Below, piece by piece: positions 27,173 to 32,000 of a stretch of DNA of 32,000 nt. Source of the stretch: Candidatus Pacearchaeota archaeon. GTDB taxonomy: Archaea > Nanobdellota > Nanobdellia > Pacearchaeales > UBA284. The notes under the pieces are model-generated. The model saw only the letters and a list, made by a program, of their open reading frames with translations, was not told where the DNA came from and ran no database searches. The stretch is taken from assembly GCA_026016245.1 (NCBI GenBank), contig CP061211.1, forward strand, positions 210,001-242,000, written 5' to 3'. Numbering within the stretch: position 1 is the first letter of the stretch; each line of letters starts with the position of its first letter. Position numbers and translations under genes: made by a program.

Positions 27173-28192
27173 ATGAAAAAAGAGGTAATAGAAATAGATG
27201 GTAGTTTTGGTACTGGTGGTGGTCAGATTATCAGAACAGCTATAGCAATGTCTGCTTTAACAAATAAAGCTTGTAGAATAAAAAATGTAAGAGCTAAGAG
27301 AGAAAAACCAGGATTAAGACCCCAGCATCTTACTGGAGTCAAGGCTGTAGCTCAGTTATGTCAAGCAAAAATCAAAGGAGCAGATATAGGAAGTAGAGAG
27401 CTGGTATTCATGCCAAGTAAAATTAAGGCAGGGATATATAATTTTGATATTGGAACAGCAGGTTCTATAACTCTCGTTTTACAAGCCTTGATGCCTGCTG
27501 CTTTGCATGCTCCTGATATTGTAAAATTTAATATTATAGGAGGTACAAATGTTCCTCTAGCACCTTCAGCAGAATATTTTCAATATGTTTTTTCTGATTT
27601 TTTAGCCAAGATGGGTGTAAATATTAAAACAGAAATATTAAGATATGGTTTTTTTCCAAAAGGCGGAGGCAAGATGAAAGTTCAAGTTAAGCCATGCAAG
27701 AAGTTAAAGCCCTTATCTCTGACAGAAAGAGGTGGGTTGATTAAAATAGATTGTTGGAGCATAGCTTCCTCAGGCTTAAAACAAGCAAAAGTCGCTGAGA
27801 GACAGATAGAAAGTTTTGAAAAACAGTTAAAACAAAAAATTAACAAGAAAAATATTATCTATGCAGATTCTCCTTCGCCAGGAACTGCTATTCATACTCA
27901 TGCTCACTATAAAAATTGTAAGCTGGGAGCAGATACTCTAGGAAAAAGAGGATTGCCTGCCGAAAAAGTGGGTAAAAAGTGTGCTAACTTGCTTCTTGAG
28001 GAAATGAAAGGAGGAGGTGTTGATAGTCATGCTGTTGATCAATTACTTCCTTTTATGGCGCTTGCTGGTAAAGGAAAAATTCTAGCTAATAGTATAACAG
28101 AGCATGCTAGGACAAACTCATTTGTAATTGAAAAATTCTTGCCAGTAAAGTTTAAAATAAGAGATAAGGTAATTGAGGTCAGTAAAGTTTAA
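27173..28192 (+). CDS. rtcA: RNA 3'-terminal phosphate cyclase
   Basis: VIEIDGSFGTGGGQIIRTAIAMSALT...KPGLRPQHLTGVKAVAQL...GGGVDSHAVDQLLPFMALA. Start at the MKKEVIE ATG; the longer ORF from 27050 is unlikely. Confidence 0.94.
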   Translation: MKKEVIEIDGSFGTGGGQIIRTAIAMSALTNKACRIKNVRAKREKPGLRPQHLTGVKAVAQLCQAKIKGADIGSRELVFMPSKIKAGIYNFDIGTAGSITLVLQALMPAALHAPDIVKFNIIGGTNVPLAPSAEYFQYVFSDFLAKMGVNIKTEILRYGFFPKGGGKMKVQVKPCKKLKPLSLTERGGLIKIDCWSIASSGLKQAKVAERQIESFEKQLKQKINKKNIIYADSPSPGTAIHTHAHYKNCKLGADTLGKRGLPAEKVGKKCANLLLEEMKGGGVDSHAVDQLLPFMALAGKGKILANSITEHARTNSFVIEKFLPVKFKIRDKVIEVSKV

Positions 28193-28218
28193 ATTATATT
28201 TTTCTTTTTTATTATTAA

Positions 28219-28293
28219 GGGGCTGTCGTATAGCTTGGTTTAGTATTCGTGCCTAGGGCGCACGCGACGGGGGTTCAAATCCTCCCAGCCCCA
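28219..28293 (+). tRNA. tRNA-Pro, anticodon AGG as read
   Basis: GGGGCTG-TC-GTAT..GTAT-T-CGTGC-CTAGGGC-GCACG-CGAC-GGGGG-TTCAAAT-CCTCC-CAGCCCC-A. Confidence 0.85.
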
Positions 28294-28332
28294 TCATAAC
28301 ATTTAAAAGAATTCTGCGAGTAGTATCATTAT

Positions 28333-28408
28333 AGCGGGGTGGAGCAGCCTGGAGTGCTCGCAGGGCCCATAACCCTGAGGTCGCGTGGTTCAAATCCCGC
28401 CCCCGCTA
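28333..28408 (+). tRNA. Initiator tRNA-Met(CAU)
   Basis: AGCGGGG-TG-GAGC..GCTC-G-CAGGG-CCCATAA-CCCTG-AGGTC-GCG(T)GG-TTCAAAT-CCCGC-CCCCGCT-A; A1:U72 and three G:C pairs under the anticodon loop mark the initiator. Confidence 0.88.
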
Positions 28409-28419
28409 CTTAATTTAAA

Positions 28420-29094
28420 ATGTTCTACATAGGAATAGATGAAGCTGGAAGAGGGCCTGTTCTCGGGCCAATGGTTTTAGCTGGCGTATTAGCTGATGAG
28501 AGAGAAATTGCTGAATTCAAGGAGCTGAATGTCAGGGATTCTAAGATGATAATGCCTAAAAGAAGAGAATTTTTATCCAAAGAAATCAAAAAAATTGCTA
28601 TTTCTTATTATATTATTAAAGTTAATCCTAGAGAGATAGATGAAAAAATTTCTCAGAAAATTAACCTTAACAAAATAGAGGCTCTTAAGGTAGCTGAAAT
28701 AATCAATATTCTAATAAAAAAAGTTCCTGAAGCTGAGGTTATAGTTGATTGTCCTTCTCCTAACACAAGAGCATGGAGTAATTATCTTGCTGAGTATATT
28801 CATGATACAAAGAAAATAAAGCTTAGATGTGAACATAAGGCAGATGTTAATTATCCTGTTGTTTCTGCAGCCTCAATTCTTGCAAAAGTTACAAGAGATT
28901 CTGAAGTGGAAAAGATAAAAAGACAGCATAATATAGAATGTGGTTCTGGTTATCCTTCTGATCCTATATGCCAGAAATTTTTAACAACATCTAAAGCAAA
29001 AGAGCTGGCTAAGATTGGTTTGATAAGAAAATCCTGGGCAACATGGAAAAATGAAGTAAAGAGAAGAGGCCAGAGGAAACTTTTGGATTTTTGA
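28420..29094 (+). CDS. rnhB: Ribonuclease HII
   Basis: MFYIGIDEAGRGPVLGPMVLAGV, VNYPVVSAASILAKVTRD, GSGYPSDP. Confidence 0.94.
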   Translation: MFYIGIDEAGRGPVLGPMVLAGVLADEREIAEFKELNVRDSKMIMPKRREFLSKEIKKIAISYYIIKVNPREIDEKISQKINLNKIEALKVAEIINILIKKVPEAEVIVDCPSPNTRAWSNYLAEYIHDTKKIKLRCEHKADVNYPVVSAASILAKVTRDSEVEKIKRQHNIECGSGYPSDPICQKFLTTSKAKELAKIGLIRKSWATWKNEVKRRGQRKLLDF

Positions 29095-29102
29095 TTTTAG
29101 TT

Positions 29103-29447
29103 TTAATCATAATATTCATCTTCTGGATCATAAGGTGGTGAAGAGGCAACAATGATTTCTAAAACACCTTTAAAAGCTCTTGCTTTGTGTTTAGTTAAAG
29201 GTTCTACGAGTATTGCGTGCCCTGAACTAATGTCAAAAGTTTTATCATTTAATTCTATTATTCCTGCCCCTTTTAAAACATAATAAATTTCAGTTGCCTT
29301 TTTATGATAATGTTTTCTGTCATCTCTTATTTGAACTAAAGCCATGTTTAAAGCTGATGAATGGCTGCGATTAGAAATTTCGTAGACTAAACCAAAAGGA
29401 TGTTCGATTTTTTTTATATCTTCAGGTTTTATAATTCTTGATGGCAT
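29103..29447 (-). CDS. Cupin domain protein
   Basis: HYHKKATEIYYVLKGAGIIELNDKTFDISSGHAILVEPLTKHKARAF. Confidence 0.85.
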   Translation of the reverse strand: MPSRIIKPEDIKKIEHPFGLVYEISNRSHSSALNMALVQIRDDRKHYHKKATEIYYVLKGAGIIELNDKTFDISSGHAILVEPLTKHKARAFKGVLEIIVASSPPYDPEDEYYD

Positions 29448-29507
29448 AATAATAAAAAAGAGTACTTTATTTATAAACTTTACTACTATAAAATGACCAG
29501 CTTAAAA

Positions 29508-31961
29508 TTAGAATTCATGTAATTTTCTCTGATCTTTCTGGAGTATGTCTTCCTTCTTTATTCCAAAAACTTCAAAAATATTTTCTACAGCTGGAATAAT
29601 CTGATGTTCTAAATAGTATTTTATATTATATTCGCCTTTTTCTTCTGGAAGTTTTACTTTTTCTCTAACTAAAGATTTTTTTATTTTTGTTTCAGCTATG
29701 TAATATTCAATAAGCATACCCATATCAATAGGCTTGCCACTTTTTTTTATTTTTTCAGCAGCTATAACATGTGGTGTTATTGCTTTATATTCAGAAAGAG
29801 GTTTTTTTAGTTGTGTTCTTATAATTATTTGTTCTTTTAAAATTTTCCTTTTCTTTAAATCATCTACTGTTTTTTTCAAAATTTCTAAGGCTTTTTTCTC
29901 ATTACCCTCTTTAAGAATTTTCTGTAGAATCTTGTTTTGAAGATTTCTGGCTAAATTGCACCAATCCCTCCTTACAGTCTCAAAACCCCTAATTTTAAAC
30001 TTCCCTTTTTCATTTATAAGAGCATATTTTTTCTTTGCTCCAAGTTTAACTGTTCTTTTTGCTACAAACAAACCTCTTTTATAGAAATCTTCAAGTTCAA
30101 GCTCCATAATCCCTGGAAGTTCAGAATTTAGTTTTTTTAAAAAATCTATAGTTTGTTTTTTACTTTTTTTGCCTAATAAAAAAGCAATAGAATCTGTATC
30201 AGAATAAATTATTTCATAACTTTGTTTTTTAATTTTGTCTATTGTATCTAAAATATTTTTTCTGGCTAGGGCAGCTGTTGAAGCTGCTGCTTCTCTGCAA
30301 TAATAACGAGCTCCAAAAAAACCTTGATAGCCATAAGAGGCATTTGCTAGAAGTTTATAGGCATTGCTTCTTGCTTTTGCAATAGGGTTTGGATTTTGTT
30401 TGTATTCTTTTTTATATTTTTTTCTTTTTTCTATTATCTCAGAAAGCATTAATGGAAAAAATCCTTGTTCTTTTGAAAAATAAACTTTTCCCTTCTCCAA
30501 ATTGACTTCTAATGTCTTATTAAATTTTTTCTTTAAGAAGGTTGATAAGGAGAGATTATAAGTAAAAATCACAGAAGCATACATACTTGTAAAATCAAAC
30601 ATAACTATATTTTTATACAAACCTGGCTTTGGCTGAAAAACAAAAGCTCCAACATACTTCCCCATTTGTCTTCTTTCTTTTATTTCATCATGTAATGGTC
30701 TTTTTTCAGCTATCTCATTATATTTATCAAGATTATGGAGAATATAGGATTCAACTAATTGAGACATAGAATTTCTTGTTATCTCAAAGAGAGGTTCTTG
30801 TATAATCCCACTGAATTCAATCATGTCTGGCCATAATTTCTCTGCTAATTTATATGTCAAAATAGAATCTTGTAAATTATATTCAAAATAATCCTTCCAT
30901 TCATGCTCTTTTATCTTAGAGGAATGTTTATGATTAAATTCTTTTTTTCCTTCTCCTAATAATTCAAATGCCACTTCATTCAATCCAAGAGTTTCTGATT
31001 GCAAATATTGAGAATAAACTGATTCTATAAACCTAAATAAATCAACATGGACTATTCCTGAAATCCTTGCTTTTGGAATTCTCCCCCTAATAAATGAAGG
31101 CTGGCTTTTATCCAAACCTAATGCCAGCTTAATTTTATTTTTTTCAGCTCTGGCTTTTAAATAAGGAATATCAAAACCATCACTAAAATATCCTACGAGA
31201 ATATCAGGTGAAATCTTATTTACATAATTTATGAATGTTTTGAGCATCTCTGCTTCACTCTTAAAATATTCAACATAATTTAATTTTTCAGAGCTTTTTT
31301 TCCATGTCAATACTTTTTTAAAATTGTCAGAAACAAGGGAAATCATTAAAATCTCTCCTTTCCCCAACTCTAATTCATCTGATTCTATATCAAAGGCCAG
31401 GAATTTTGGTCTGAATTTTTTATTATTTAATTTCTCAATTTTCTCAGCCTTAATACAAACATCTATGTCAAAGGCTGAATCAATATTGCCAAATTCCTGA
31501 GAATTATTTAGAATCTCCCCAGATATCTTATGCCAAGATAAAGGAATCAGCTTTTTTTCAGTTATATACTTAGTTATAATATTAATATCATATTCTCTTC
31601 TTGCTTTTATTTCCTTAAAATCAAGCTTATCAGCTATTGGATGAGCATCTTTATAATTAGTTATAAAAATTTTGATTGCTTTTACCTTTTTGCTTAAAAA
31701 TTTTTTTTCATGAATTTCTGTTCTTTCTACTTTTGTTGTCCTTGAAGGTAGTTTAATCTCAATTTTCTCTATCTTCTTCTGAATGTCCTTTATTCTTTTC
31801 TCAGAAGCACTATCTTCAAAAATAGCCCATAGAAAAGGATCAAAGTGATCTACCACACAGGCTCTTTTACCTTTTTCATCTCTTCCTATTATCCTAATAT
31901 AGTTTTTCCCCTGAAAATCAAAATAATCATAATCTAAAGGAATAAAGTTAATTGAAGTCAT
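29508..31961 (-). CDS. polB: Family B DNA polymerase
   Basis: Exo I FLAFDIESDELE; Exo II YFSDGFDIPYL-like; motif A MFDFTSMYASVI; motif B LLANASYGYQGF; motif C IIYSDTDSIAFLL. Confidence 0.94.
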   Translation of the reverse strand: MTSINFIPLDYDYFDFQGKNYIRIIGRDEKGKRACVVDHFDPFLWAIFEDSASEKRIKDIQKKIEKIEIKLPSRTTKVERTEIHEKKFLSKKVKAIKIFITNYKDAHPIADKLDFKEIKARREYDINIITKYITEKKLIPLSWHKISGEILNNSQEFGNIDSAFDIDVCIKAEKIEKLNNKKFRPKFLAFDIESDELELGKGEILMISLVSDNFKKVLTWKKSSEKLNYVEYFKSEAEMLKTFINYVNKISPDILVGYFSDGFDIPYLKARAEKNKIKLALGLDKSQPSFIRGRIPKARISGIVHVDLFRFIESVYSQYLQSETLGLNEVAFELLGEGKKEFNHKHSSKIKEHEWKDYFEYNLQDSILTYKLAEKLWPDMIEFSGIIQEPLFEITRNSMSQLVESYILHNLDKYNEIAEKRPLHDEIKERRQMGKYVGAFVFQPKPGLYKNIVMFDFTSMYASVIFTYNLSLSTFLKKKFNKTLEVNLEKGKVYFSKEQGFFPLMLSEIIEKRKKYKKEYKQNPNPIAKARSNAYKLLANASYGYQGFFGARYYCREAAASTAALARKNILDTIDKIKKQSYEIIYSDTDSIAFLLGKKSKKQTIDFLKKLNSELPGIMELELEDFYKRGLFVAKRTVKLGAKKKYALINEKGKFKIRGFETVRRDWCNLARNLQNKILQKILKEGNEKKALEILKKTVDDLKKRKILKEQIIIRTQLKKPLSEYKAITPHVIAAEKIKKSGKPIDMGMLIEYYIAETKIKKSLVREKVKLPEEKGEYNIKYYLEHQIIPAVENIFEVFGIKKEDILQKDQRKLHEF

Positions 31962-32000
31962 GAGATTACCAAGATAAAGAGATTTTTAAAATTTCTGAAG

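Noticed and set aside
28255-28259. Reading the 28219 tRNA as tRNA-Leu(UAG) by shifting the loop one base
   Set aside because: The shift breaks the 5-bp anticodon stem and the gene lacks the long variable arm expected of tRNA-Leu.

Overview
AT-rich window that reads as a near-complete, densely coding segment of a small-genome archaeon. The gene content looks DPANN/Woesearchaeota-like, but that placement is my inference. Core genes: rpo7 (5'-truncated), spt4, rps24e, rps27ae, scpA, archaeal-type thrS, a TtcA/CTU1-like thiolase, ferredoxin, gyrA and gyrB flanking MazG-like/DUF1284/HAD/Mth938 genes, a MinD/ParA ATPase, rps2, rtcA, rnhB and family B DNA polymerase. There are four tRNA genes: Thr-CGU with intron, Ser-GCU, a candidate Pro-AGG, and initiator Met. 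Accessory content: two RelE-type toxin/antitoxin modules, a transporter next to a prenyl-synthase-like gene, and three large membrane-anchored surface proteins. I found no CRISPR array, transposase or integrase, and no convincing complete new defence-type system. Best leads: (1) a surface receptor-like protein fused to a class III cyclase-like domain that has lost its catalytic residues; (2) a tRNA-Pro with A34 and an initiator tRNA with C33 plus a bulged T-stem; (3) a decayed tRNA-Ser 3'-end copy about 2.9 kb from the intact gene, in the geometry of an integration scar; (4) a 14-nt AAAACCCTGGGAAA repeat present three times, bracketing a methyltransferase and a TA module; (5) a tail-to-tail RelE/antitoxin pair; (6) a cysteine-saturated repeat surface protein divergent from a wHTH/surface protein/MinD cluster.
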